DNA of 55,547 bases from Polyangia bacterium. GTDB lineage: Bacteria > Myxococcota_A > Polyangia > Fen-1088. The notes under the pieces were generated by a model. It searched no databases. It was not told where the DNA came from and worked only from the letters and a program-made list of their open reading frames with translations. The translations under genes and the position numbers were made by a program. Every line of letters starts with the position of its first letter. Within the stretch, counting starts at the first letter, position 1. Location: positions 1 to 55,547 of the forward strand of contig JBBQJG010000002.1 in the NCBI GenBank assembly GCA_038325725.1, in the 5' to 3' direction. Positions 25,665 to 34,197 of the stretch are shown piece after piece.

Positions 25665-26771
25665 CTAAAACAACGTCGACTGGCCCGCGGGGGGCTTGCT
25701 GGGCGGAGGAAGCTTCAGGTGCTCGTACGCGCGGCGCGTGACCTGGCGGCCGCGCGGCGTGCGCAGCAAGAAGCCTTCCTGGATGAGGTACGGCTCGTAG
25801 ACGAATTCCAGCGTATCGCGATCCTCGGCGAGCGACGCCGCGAGCGAATCAATGCCGACGGGGCCGCCGTCGAAGCGCTTGATGATCGTCGACAGGATCT
25901 TGCGATCGCCCGCGTCGAGCCCGGCGGCGTCGACCTCGAGGCGATCGAGCGCGTACTCGGCGAGGTCCTTCGTGACGCGGCCGTCGCCGCGCACCTCCGC
26001 GAAGTCACGCACGCGCCGCAGGAGCCGGTTCACGATGCGCGGCGTCCCGCGCGCGCGGCGGCCGAGCTCGTCGGCGCCTGCGTCGTCGATGGGGATGCCG
26101 AGCAGCCGCGCCGAGCGGCGCACGATCGTCGTGAGCTCGACGGGCGAATAAAAATCGAAGGCCTCGACGATGCCGAAACGCGAGAGCAGCGGCGAGCCGA
26201 GCTGGCCCGTGCGCGTCGTCGCGCCGACGAGGGTGAAGCGCTCGATGGGCAGCGGGATCGCGCGCGCGCCCGCGCCCGCGCCCGTGACGAGCTCGATGCG
26301 AAAGTCCTCCATCGCCGGATAGAGGCTCTCCTCGATGACGGCCTGCAGGCGGTGGATCTCGTCGATGAAGAGGATGTCGCCCTTGCCGAGCGACGTGAGG
26401 ATGCCGGCGAGGTCGCCCTTGCGCTCGAGCGCGGGGCCCGAGGTGACCTTGACCTGCGTGCCCATCTCGTTCGCGAGCAGATAGGCGAGCGTCGTCTTTC
26501 CGAGTCCGGGCGGCCCCGACAGCAGCACGTGGTCGAGGGCGTCGCCGCGCTTGCGCGCCGCCGCGACGTAAACGGCCAGGTTGTCAGCGATCTTCTTCTG
26601 ACCGACGAACTCGGCGAAGCTGCGCGGCCGAAGCGCGGCGTCATCGTCGTAGGGATTGGCCGCCGACGCTTCGGACGAGAGCACGCGCGCGCCGGACGGC
26701 TCCGCGCCGCCGTCCTCGTCGCGGTCTGCGCCGACGTCGTCGCCTTCGTCTTCGTGTCGCTTGCGCGGCAT
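25665..26771 (-). CDS. ruvB: Holliday junction branch migration ATPase RuvB
   Basis: Typical blocks: [12 protein letters not shown], Walker [26 protein letters not shown], and the C-terminal winged helix. Confidence 0.95.
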   Translation of the reverse strand: MPRKRHEDEGDDVGADRDEDGGAEPSGARVLSSEASAANPYDDDAALRPRSFAEFVGQKKIADNLAVYVAAARKRGDALDHVLLSGPPGLGKTTLAYLLANEMGTQVKVTSGPALERKGDLAGILTSLGKGDILFIDEIHRLQAVIEESLYPAMEDFRIELVTGAGAGARAIPLPIERFTLVGATTRTGQLGSPLLSRFGIVEAFDFYSPVELTTIVRRSARLLGIPIDDAGADELGRRARGTPRIVNRLLRRVRDFAEVRGDGRVTKDLAEYALDRLEVDAAGLDAGDRKILSTIIKRFDGGPVGIDSLAASLAEDRDTLEFVYEPYLIQEGFLLRTPRGRQVTRRAYEHLKLPPPSKPPAGQSTLF

Positions 26772-26773
26772 AT

Positions 26774-27382
26774 CTACTGTCTCCTCAGCGCCGCGAGGGC
26801 CTCACGGAGAAGATCGGTCACGGGCCGCTTGCCGTCCATTTTCTCGACGAAGGCCGCGAACTCGACGGGCTTGTAGCCCGCGTGGAGCAACGCCCCGTAC
26901 ACCTCGCCGAGCGGCCCGGTCGGCACGCCGGGCGTCGCAGGCGACATCGCGGGAGCGAGACCGCGGCCCGCGGGCAACGTCGTGATCTTCTCGCGCAGCT
27001 CGAGGGCGAGCCGCTCGGCGATCTTGCGCCCCACCCCTTTGATCTGTGTCAGACGCGCGATGTCGCCTTTCGAGATGGCGCGCACGAGCTCGTCCGGGGG
27101 CAGGCCGGCGAGGATCGCGAGCGCGACGCGCGGGCCGACTCCCTGGACATCGATGAGTGTCTCGAACAAGCCGCGCTCGTTGGGCTCGGCGAAGCCATAG
27201 AGGCGGAGCGGCTCGTCCTTGACGAAGTGCGAGTGGATGTGGAGCCGCACCTCGGCGCCCAGCGCCGGCAGCGCGCCCAGGGTGGCGGCGCTCACGATCA
27301 CCTGGTAGCCGATGCCCGCGACCTCGACGACGACGGATTCGCCGTTGTTGTCGAGGAGCTCGCCGCGCAAAAACGCGATCAC
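26774..27382 (-). CDS. ruvA: Holliday junction DNA-binding protein RuvA
   Basis: GTG 27382 (VIAFLRGEL...). HhH motifs: [16 protein letters not shown] and [20 protein letters not shown] overlap with the ruvC stop, and 2 nt before ruvB. Confidence 0.9.
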   Translation of the reverse strand: MIAFLRGELLDNNGESVVVEVAGIGYQVIVSAATLGALPALGAEVRLHIHSHFVKDEPLRLYGFAEPNERGLFETLIDVQGVGPRVALAILAGLPPDELVRAISKGDIARLTQIKGVGRKIAERLALELREKITTLPAGRGLAPAMSPATPGVPTGPLGEVYGALLHAGYKPVEFAAFVEKMDGKRPVTDLLREALAALRRQ

Positions 27383-27948
27383 GGGCGCCGCCTCGTGCGA
27401 CCGGAGAACGCCGCCCGCGCGTGGCAGATCGCGATCGCGAGCGCGTCGGCGGCGTCCGGCTCTGGCACGCGTCGCAGCGACAGCAGCGCGCGCACGAGAT
27501 ACCCGATCTGATCCTTGGTGGCACGGCCGTGACCGACGACCGATTGCTTCACCGTCGCGGGCGCGTAGCCGCTCACCGACAGGCCGTGCTCGGAGGCGAC
27601 GAAGATCGCGACGCCGCGCGCCTCGCCGAGCGCGAGCGTCGACTGGACGTTCTTGCCGAAGAACGCCTCCTCCATCGCGACGGCGTGCGGTCGCAGCTCG
27701 GTGACGAGCTCGCGCAGGGCGCCGCCGATCTCGGCGAGGCGCGCCTGCCGGGTTGCCTTCGCGGGGGCCGTGAGCACGCCGCACTCGACGTAGCGGACCT
27801 CGTCGCCGCGGCCGCCGCACTCGACGACGCCATAGCCGAGGCGCACCGTGCCCGGGTCGATGCCGAGCACGCGGAACGTCCCCGCGGGCGCCGCCGCGGG
27901 GCGCCCCCGCGGGGTCGCGGGCGCTGACAGACGCACGGGGCTCGCCAT
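27379..27948 (-). CDS. ruvC: Crossover junction endodeoxyribonuclease RuvC
   Basis: ATG 27948. Typical blocks: VLGIDPGTVRLGYGVV, AMEEAFFGKNVQSTLALGEARG, VKQSVVGHGRATKDQ, DAADALAIAICH. It carries a short N-terminal extension. Confidence 0.9.
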   Translation of the reverse strand: MASPVRLSAPATPRGRPAAAPAGTFRVLGIDPGTVRLGYGVVECGGRGDEVRYVECGVLTAPAKATRQARLAEIGGALRELVTELRPHAVAMEEAFFGKNVQSTLALGEARGVAIFVASEHGLSVSGYAPATVKQSVVGHGRATKDQIGYLVRALLSLRRVPEPDAADALAIAICHARAAFSGRTRRRP

Positions 27949-27976
27949 TGTTGTTGGGGTTGGGCCGACGTGCGGC

Positions 27977-28726
27977 CTAACCGCCGCTCTCCAGGGCCGA
28001 CTCGTCGACGTCCATGTTGGAGAACACGTTCTGCACGTCGTCGCTGTCCTCGAGCGCCGCGACGAGCCTGAGCGCGGTGGCCGCCTCCTTGCCTTCGAGG
28101 TGGACGACGTTCTGCGGGACGAGTGAGACCTCGGCGTGGAGCGGTGCTGGCAGCCCGCCCTTCTCGAGCCCGTCGCGGATGCGCTCGAACTCCTTCGGGT
28201 CGGTGACGACGACGAGCGCTTCGCCCTCGGCGCGAATGTCGTCGGCGCCGAGCTCGATTGCGGCGTCGGTGGCCTTGTTCTCGTCGACGGCCATCTTGTC
28301 GAAGACGATCTGCCCGAGCTTCTTGAACATGTACGCAACCGAGCCGGAGGCGCCGAGGTTGCCGCCGTTGTGCGTGAGGATGCTGCGAACCTCGCTGGCC
28401 GTGCGGTTGCGGTTGTCCGTCATGACCTCGACGAGCAGCGCCGACCCGCCCGGACCGAACACCTCGTAGTGGAACTCTTCGTACTGCACGCCGTCCAGAT
28501 CGCCGACGCCCTTCTTGATGGCGCGGTCGATCGTGTCGTTCGGCATGTTGACCTCGCGGCCCTTGTCGACGGCCGTCCGCAGCCGCGGGTTGGTGGCGAT
28601 GTCGCCGCCGCCGAGTCGGGCCGAGACGGTCAATTCCTTGATGACCTTCGTCCACGTCTTCGACTTCTTCGAGTCGGTGACCTCTTTCTTGTGCTTGATC
28701 TTCGACCAGCGATTGTGGCCCGACAT
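27977..28726 (-). CDS. yebC: YebC/PmpR family DNA-binding transcriptional regulator
   Basis: ATG 28726. MSGHNRWSKIKHKK...NPRLRTAVDKGREVNMPNDTIDRAIKKG is a family hallmark. Confidence 0.9.
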   Translation of the reverse strand: MSGHNRWSKIKHKKEVTDSKKSKTWTKVIKELTVSARLGGGDIATNPRLRTAVDKGREVNMPNDTIDRAIKKGVGDLDGVQYEEFHYEVFGPGGSALLVEVMTDNRNRTASEVRSILTHNGGNLGASGSVAYMFKKLGQIVFDKMAVDENKATDAAIELGADDIRAEGEALVVVTDPKEFERIRDGLEKGGLPAPLHAEVSLVPQNVVHLEGKEAATALRLVAALEDSDDVQNVFSNMDVDESALESGG

Positions 28727-28790
28727 GGCCTCTGTCCTACCACAGGGCCCTGGTCGTCGGGAGGCGGTCCGCGGGCTCGGGCCGCTCTGT

Positions 28791-30008
28791 TCAGGGCGCT
28801 TCCGCGCCGGGGGTCGCGGGCAGCGGCGTGTGGTTCCAAGCGTCCTTTCGATCGCACGCGCTCTGCACGAGCCGATGCACCGAGTGTCCCGCCCACGCGA
28901 CCGACGAGACGTCGACCCACCCGCCGTAGCTCGAGACGACGGCGTCGCCGCGCAGCAGCCGCGTGACCTCGCCACTGTTCGACAGGCCATCGGCGCCGAT
29001 GCGCCCATCGACGCGCAGGAGCTGCGTGCCCGCGCGCGGGGGCACGTCCTGCCCGTCTTGGGCCACGTAGGCCGACGTCACGACCAACGCGTACTCGCCG
29101 GGCCCGATCGTCGTCGGTGGAAGCGCGTCCGAGCCGCGCCCGTCAGCGATCGAGAGGCCATCCGTCGCGATGATCTCGCCGCCCAGGTTCCGAAGCTCGA
29201 CGAACTCCTGCGCCGGCTCGGTGCCCGCCGCGTTCGCGAGGACTTCCGTGATCGCGAGCGCGGGTAACGCCGCGGGCGTCCTCCACGCGACGGCCGCCGA
29301 TTCGGCGACGTTGCCCGCGCGATCGATCGCCCGCACGGTGAGGGTCGCGTCGCTGTCGGGCGGCAACATCCCCACGGGCGCCGCCAGATCGAACGTCGTC
29401 GCGCCCGCGCCCGCGGCGACGTCGCTCTCGGCGTCGCCCGCGCGCAGAAGCACCGTGCCTGTGGCCGGCTCGTCGGTCGAGAACGTGACGGCCACGCACG
29501 GGCCCTCCAGCGCGAGCGTGACGCCCGAGACCACGGGCGGCGTCACGTCGGCGTCAGCGGCCGTGTCGAACACGCCCACGAGGCCCGCCGGCAGCGGCGC
29601 GCTCTGTTCGTCGCTGGCGCCTCCGCCGAGCGCGACCCGACAGCTCGTGAGCGCGGGCAGGCGCGCGCCGACCGTGACGTCGTAACAGAGGCCGCCTTCG
29701 CAGAGGGCCGCGTCCGAGACCGCCGTCGAGGGCGTGCCGCAGACGTCGAACGCCGGCGTCCCGAAGGCGACCGGCCCCGGGAACTTCACGCGGAGGGCGG
29801 CGAGGTTGAGCGGCACGTCCGTCGCCCCCGCGACCGGATCGACGAGCGTCCCGGCCGAGGCCGCCGGCGCGGCGCGCCCGCCCCCCCGCGCAACCTTGGT
29901 GAGATCGGTGTCGGGCACGCACCCCGCGACGATCGAGAAAACCAGGACGACTAGGAACGCTCCCGAGGCGACCGCGAGGAGCTCCCACCCACCGATGTGA
30001 ACGCGCAT
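28791..30008 (-). CDS. Lipoprotein with C-terminal lamin-tail-domain (LTD)-like module
   Basis: ATG 30008. Signal/lipobox ...LVFSIVAGC. C-terminal ITEVLANAAGTEPAQEFVELRNLGGE...GLSNSGEVTRLL is typical of LTD. Confidence 0.7.
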   Translation of the reverse strand: MRVHIGGWELLAVASGAFLVVLVFSIVAGCVPDTDLTKVARGGGRAAPAASAGTLVDPVAGATDVPLNLAALRVKFPGPVAFGTPAFDVCGTPSTAVSDAALCEGGLCYDVTVGARLPALTSCRVALGGGASDEQSAPLPAGLVGVFDTAADADVTPPVVSGVTLALEGPCVAVTFSTDEPATGTVLLRAGDAESDVAAGAGATTFDLAAPVGMLPPDSDATLTVRAIDRAGNVAESAAVAWRTPAALPALAITEVLANAAGTEPAQEFVELRNLGGEIIATDGLSIADGRGSDALPPTTIGPGEYALVVTSAYVAQDGQDVPPRAGTQLLRVDGRIGADGLSNSGEVTRLLRGDAVVSSYGGWVDVSSVAWAGHSVHRLVQSACDRKDAWNHTPLPATPGAEAP

Positions 30009-30066
30009 GGCGCCTTTTCGGCCGCCCGTCCGTTCGGTTGCCACGTGATAGAAAGACCTCGCAAAA

Positions 30067-30726
30067 ATGTCCGATGCTCCTGATCGCCCAGCCGCCGTCC
30101 GCCCGCCCGACCTCGTTCTCGCCTCGGCGTCGCCGCGTCGCCGCGAGCTGCTCGAGCGTATGGGTCTGTCCCTCGTCGTCGCGGCCGCCGACGTCGACGA
30201 GACGCCGCTGCCCGACGAGCGACCGGCCGACTACGTCCGCCGCGTGGCCGGGAGCAAATGCGATACGGTCGTCGCCGCGCGCTCGCCGGCGGTCTCAGAG
30301 GGCCTCGCCGTGCTCGCCGCCGACACTATCGTGATCGCCGCGGGCGACGCCAACCAGATCCTGGGCAAGCCCGTCGACGCCGACGACGCGCGGCGGATGC
30401 TGACGCGGATCGCCGGCCGCAAGCACGAGGTCGCGACGGCCTACCGCATCCGCGTCGGCGAGCGCTCCGTCGAGCGCACGGTCACGACGATCGTCTCCTT
30501 CCGCGCGCTTTCGCCCGCCGAGGTCGACGCCTATGTCGCCTCGGGCGAATGGCGCGGCAAGGCCGGCGGCTACGCCGTGCAGGGCATCGCCGGCGCCTTC
30601 GTGACCGAGCTGCGCGGCTCGCACACGAACGTCATCGGGCTGCCCGTGTCCGAGGTGCTCGCCGATCTCCAGGCGTTGGGCGCCCTGCCCGGCTATCCGC
30701 CGCCTGGCTTTGGGGGCGCCGCCTGA
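30067..30726 (+). CDS. maf: Maf-like nucleoside triphosphate pyrophosphatase
   Basis: Typical blocks: LVLASASPRRRELL, AADTIV, KAGGYAVQGIAG, NVIGLP. Confidence 0.9.
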   Translation: MSDAPDRPAAVRPPDLVLASASPRRRELLERMGLSLVVAAADVDETPLPDERPADYVRRVAGSKCDTVVAARSPAVSEGLAVLAADTIVIAAGDANQILGKPVDADDARRMLTRIAGRKHEVATAYRIRVGERSVERTVTTIVSFRALSPAEVDAYVASGEWRGKAGGYAVQGIAGAFVTELRGSHTNVIGLPVSEVLADLQALGALPGYPPPGFGGAA

Positions 30727-31430
30727 CGCGCGACGCGGAGATCGCGGCCGGTCTCGCTGACGTCCGCGCGCGGCTCGCGACCGCCGAGCGGGCCGCGGGA
30801 CGCGCCGCCGGCAGCGTGCGCCTCGTCGCCGTCAGCAAGAAGATGCCCGCCGACGACGTGCGCGCGGCGCTCGCCGCGGGCCAAATCGACTTCGGCGAGA
30901 GCTACGGACAGGAGTTCCGCGACAAGCGCCAAGCTTTCGGGGCGGACGCGCCGCAGCCGCGGTGGCACTTCATCGGTCCGCTGCAGGCGAACAAGGTGAA
31001 GTACGTCGCGGGACACGTCGCGCTCGTCCACTCCGTCGATTCGGCCGAGCTGGTCGCGGAGCTCGAGCGACGGGGAGACCCCCAGGCGTGTCTCATTCAG
31101 GTGAACGTCGCCGGCGAGATCCAAAAACGTGGCGTCGCGCCCGACGCGCTGCCGGCGCTGCTCGATCTCTTCGCCAACCTGCGCCACGTTCGGTGCGAGG
31201 GGCTCATGACGGTTCCGCCGCTCGCGGATGATCCCGAGGCGTCTCGGCCGCACTTCGCGGCGTTGCGCACGCTGCTCGAGCGCGAGGGCGCGCGATCCCG
31301 ACCCGGCGTCTCGCTGCGCGAGCTCTCGATGGGAATGAGCCATGATCTGGAGGTCGCTGTGGCCGAGGGTGCGACTCTGATTCGGGTGGGGACCGCTATC
31401 TTTGGCGCACGTATCCCGTCGAAGGAGTGA
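30723..31430 (+). CDS. yggS: YggS family pyridoxal-phosphate homeostasis protein (start codon uncertain, non-canonical)
   Basis: Typical blocks: VRLVAVSKK (PLP lysine), FGESYGQE, WHFIGPLQANKVKY, LSMGMSHDLEVAVAEGATLIRVGTAIFG. The first canonical start, ATG 30843, would delete the PLP-Lys motif. The only upstream in-frame candidates are CTG 30723 (a CTGA overlap with the maf stop) and ATC 30741. Confidence 0.8.
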   Translation: MTRDAEIAAGLADVRARLATAERAAGRAAGSVRLVAVSKKMPADDVRAALAAGQIDFGESYGQEFRDKRQAFGADAPQPRWHFIGPLQANKVKYVAGHVALVHSVDSAELVAELERRGDPQACLIQVNVAGEIQKRGVAPDALPALLDLFANLRHVRCEGLMTVPPLADDPEASRPHFAALRTLLEREGARSRPGVSLRELSMGMSHDLEVAVAEGATLIRVGTAIFGARIPSKE

Positions 31431-31581
31431 CACGCGCGCCCGGATTTCGACAGACGACGCGCGGCCGCGCAAGACTGCGCCAGCCCGAGCGTCCACGATT
31501 TCCGTAGTTGAGTCGTGGACCTCCGACGTACACAGCGGCGCGTTCGCGCCGCGGCGCGTGTCTTGCTACTGTGGTCGCCCC

Positions 31582-32544
31582 ATGATGAAGCCCTCCACCT
31601 TGATCCTCTCGTTGGCGCTGACCACCCTCGCCGCGGTCGCCGCTCCCGCGGCCGCCCACGCCGCCGTTTGTGTCCAGCTGGACACGGCGCACGACAACCT
31701 CTCCGAGCAAGAGCGCGCGGGCACGATGACGATGCTCGTGCAGACGCTGCAGCAACAGGGGCAGCAGGTCGGGACGGAGGGCTGCCAGGGAACGTACGTC
31801 GTCTATCACGTGCGCCTCGGCTACAGCGTCAACGTCGTGTTGCAGGGGCCGGGCGGATACCGCCAGGGTATGGCGCGCGCGATCGAAGAGGTGCCGGCGC
31901 TCTACAGCCAGATGGTCCGGTCGCTGCTCACGGGGCAGCCGATGAACACGGCGAACGGGACGGTCGATCGCACGAACGTCACGTCGGCGCAGGTCGCGCC
32001 GAACCGGGTCGAGGCCGACTCGCTCTGGTACGTGCGCCTCGGCTACGCGGGCATCGTGGGTCCGAAGTTCGGTGGCGGCCCCGCCTTCGGCTTCGGCTAC
32101 CGCTACGAGCTGGACTCGATCGGCATCGATTTTTCGTTCCTGAACTTCGTCGTGCCGAGCAGCAACAGCTCGAACACGTCGGTGGGCTTCTCGGGCTCGA
32201 TCATCAAGCTCCAGGGGCTGTACTTCCTCAACCCGATCGCGAACGGCTCGATGTACCTGGGCGCGGGCGCGGCGTGGGGCTTCACGGCCAGCTACGAGGA
32301 GGACTCGCTGGGCAACATCCGCTCGCTCAGCGGCTCGGGCCTCCAGGGCGAGGCGACCCTCGGCTACGAGTTCCTGCGGGCGAGCACGATCCGCATGTTC
32401 GCGCAGGCCGACGCAACCCTGCCCTTCTACAAGATGACCGGAAGCACCTTCTCGACGAACGACGAGAGCTGGGCTCCCACCTTCGCGCTGTCGGTGGGCA
32501 TCGGCTGGGGCCGCGGCACGGCCCGCGTTCACCTTGTGCAGTAA
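31582..32544 (+). CDS. Exported hypothetical protein, probable small outer-membrane beta-barrel
   Basis: ATG 31582. Signal peptide (LILSLALTTLAAVAAPAAAHA). The C-terminal half has alternating Gly/aromatic beta-strand patterns (WYVRLGYAG, FGFGYRYE, LGYEFL, FALSVGIGWG). Confidence 0.55.
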   Translation: MMKPSTLILSLALTTLAAVAAPAAAHAAVCVQLDTAHDNLSEQERAGTMTMLVQTLQQQGQQVGTEGCQGTYVVYHVRLGYSVNVVLQGPGGYRQGMARAIEEVPALYSQMVRSLLTGQPMNTANGTVDRTNVTSAQVAPNRVEADSLWYVRLGYAGIVGPKFGGGPAFGFGYRYELDSIGIDFSFLNFVVPSSNSSNTSVGFSGSIIKLQGLYFLNPIANGSMYLGAGAAWGFTASYEEDSLGNIRSLSGSGLQGEATLGYEFLRASTIRMFAQADATLPFYKMTGSTFSTNDESWAPTFALSVGIGWGRGTARVHLVQ

Positions 32545-32572
32545 CGCGCCCGTTTGGGGGTAACATGGCGCG

Positions 32573-33502
32573 GTGAGCGATGACGGCGGCGTTCCCGATG
32601 TGGTCCCCGAGGACGAGACGATCGCCGTCAGCGGCCGCAAGTCGCAGGAGATCGTCCCCCCCGTCTTGCAGCAGCGCACCGTCGTCAAGGTGCTCACGGG
32701 CCTCGAGGCGGGCCGCGTCCACGTCGTCACGCAGGACGTGATCGTCGTGGGGCGCGGCGCCGGGTGCGACCTGCGCATCGACGATTCGTCCTTGTCGCGG
32801 CAGCACTGCCGCATCCGCCTGACGAACGGCACGTTCTTCGCCGAGGATCTCGACAGCCGCAACGGCACGATGGTCGACGGCACGCGCAGCAAGACGCCCA
32901 TCGCGCTGCACGACGGCGCCCTCATTCAGCTCGCCGCGAGCACGATCATCATGTTCTCGCACCAGGAGGACCTCGAGGTGCAGGCCGAGCAGCGGCTCTA
33001 CGCGTCGGCGGTCCAGGATCCGCTCACGGGGCTGCACAACCGGCGACACTTCGACGCGCGCCTCAAGTCCGAGTTCGCCTTCGCGAGCCGTCACCAGACG
33101 CCCCTATCCGTGCTGCTCATCGACATCGACCACTTCAAGAGGGTCAACGACACCTACGGTCACCCGGGCGGAGACGCGGCGCTGCGAATCCTCGGGGATC
33201 GGCTGCAGCGCACCGTGCGCACGGAGGACATCGTCGCGCGCTACGGCGGCGAGGAGTTCGGTGTCATCGCGCGCGGCATCGAGAGCGCCGGCGCGATGCT
33301 GCTCGCGGAGCGCGTGCGCTCGACGGTCGAAAAGATCAGCCTCGTGCACGACGACAAGACGATCACGTTCACGATCAGCGTCGGCGTCGTGACGCAGTCG
33401 CGCGAGCGCGTGTTCGACACGCCGGCCGCCGTGCTCAAGGCCGCCGACGACGCGCTCTACCAGGCGAAGGCCGCCGGCCGAAATCGATCGATCCGCGGCT
33501 GA
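32573..33502 (+). CDS. FHA domain-containing diguanylate cyclase (GGDEF)
   Basis: GTG 32573. FHA: VVGRGAGCDLRIDDSSLSRQHCRI...AEDLDSRNGTMVDG. GGDEF: DPLTGLHNRRHF, DIDHFKRVND, and RYGGEEFGV with an RTED I-site 5 residues upstream of GGEEF (GGEEF at 33245-33259). Confidence 0.9.
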   Translation: MSDDGGVPDVVPEDETIAVSGRKSQEIVPPVLQQRTVVKVLTGLEAGRVHVVTQDVIVVGRGAGCDLRIDDSSLSRQHCRIRLTNGTFFAEDLDSRNGTMVDGTRSKTPIALHDGALIQLAASTIIMFSHQEDLEVQAEQRLYASAVQDPLTGLHNRRHFDARLKSEFAFASRHQTPLSVLLIDIDHFKRVNDTYGHPGGDAALRILGDRLQRTVRTEDIVARYGGEEFGVIARGIESAGAMLLAERVRSTVEKISLVHDDKTITFTISVGVVTQSRERVFDTPAAVLKAADDALYQAKAAGRNRSIRG

Positions 33503-33504
33503 CG

Positions 33505-34134
33505 TCAGGCGGGCGCGAGCACGGCGATCACCCGCAGCGTCATCTTCGACACGACGATCTCGCGCACCTCGAAGGTGGTCTCGGCGGCGGCGCCTTCGTC
33601 GACGAGGCGCGCGTGGGCGGCCTCGGTGAGCAGCGTCTCGCCCGCTTCGGCGACGTCCTCTCCGAGCTTCGAGGCGATGTTGAGCTCGTTGCCGTAGAAG
33701 TCGTCCTCGAGCATGAGCACTTCGCCGAAGCCGACGCCGATGCTCGCGTGCAGATCCCAGTCCTCGGGCAGGAAGACGTTCGCCGTCGCGAGCTGCGTGT
33801 GAACGTCGCGCGCCGTCGCGACGGCGGCGGCGACGGTCCGGAACACGGCGAAGACGTTGTCGGCCTCCGTCTTGACGATGCGTCCGTCGTTGCGCGCGAC
33901 GATGGGACGCACGATGCCGTGCAGCCGGTGAATCATCGCGAGGAAGTGCGTGATGCCGTAGCGCGCGGTGAGGCGAGAGAAGCCGCTCATGTCGAGCACC
34001 CACAGCGCGTGCGTCTCACCGAACGCCTCCCAGATCTCACGATCGATCTCGGTGAGCCGCTCGGGATGCTCGTTGCGCCGTTCGAGCATGCGCGCGAGCG
34101 CCTCGTGTCCCTCAAGACCTTCCCACTTCGCCAT
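33505..34134 (-). CDS. Class III adenylate/guanylate cyclase domain protein
   Basis: Typical blocks: VLDMSGFSRLT (metal Asp context), VKTEADNVFAVF, IGVGFGEV, FYGNELNIASKL. A GAGGAGG SD lies before the ATG. Confidence 0.75.
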   Translation of the reverse strand: MAKWEGLEGHEALARMLERRNEHPERLTEIDREIWEAFGETHALWVLDMSGFSRLTARYGITHFLAMIHRLHGIVRPIVARNDGRIVKTEADNVFAVFRTVAAAVATARDVHTQLATANVFLPEDWDLHASIGVGFGEVLMLEDDFYGNELNIASKLGEDVAEAGETLLTEAAHARLVDEGAAAETTFEVREIVVSKMTLRVIAVLAPA

Positions 34135-34167
34135 GAGACCTCCTCGGCCAGTTTCTCACGGCCTCCC

Positions 34168-34193
34168 GGCGGGGGCGAGACGACGCCCCCGCC
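34168..34193 (-). terminator. GC-rich hairpin immediately after the TolC-like gene (terminator-like, no U-tract)
   Basis: A perfect 10-bp stem (ggcgggggcg at 34168-34177 with cgcccccgcc at 34184-34193) and a 6-nt loop, 5 nt downstream of the stop on the minus strand. No T-run follows, so its function is uncertain. Confidence 0.4.
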
Positions 34194-34197
34194 CCCG

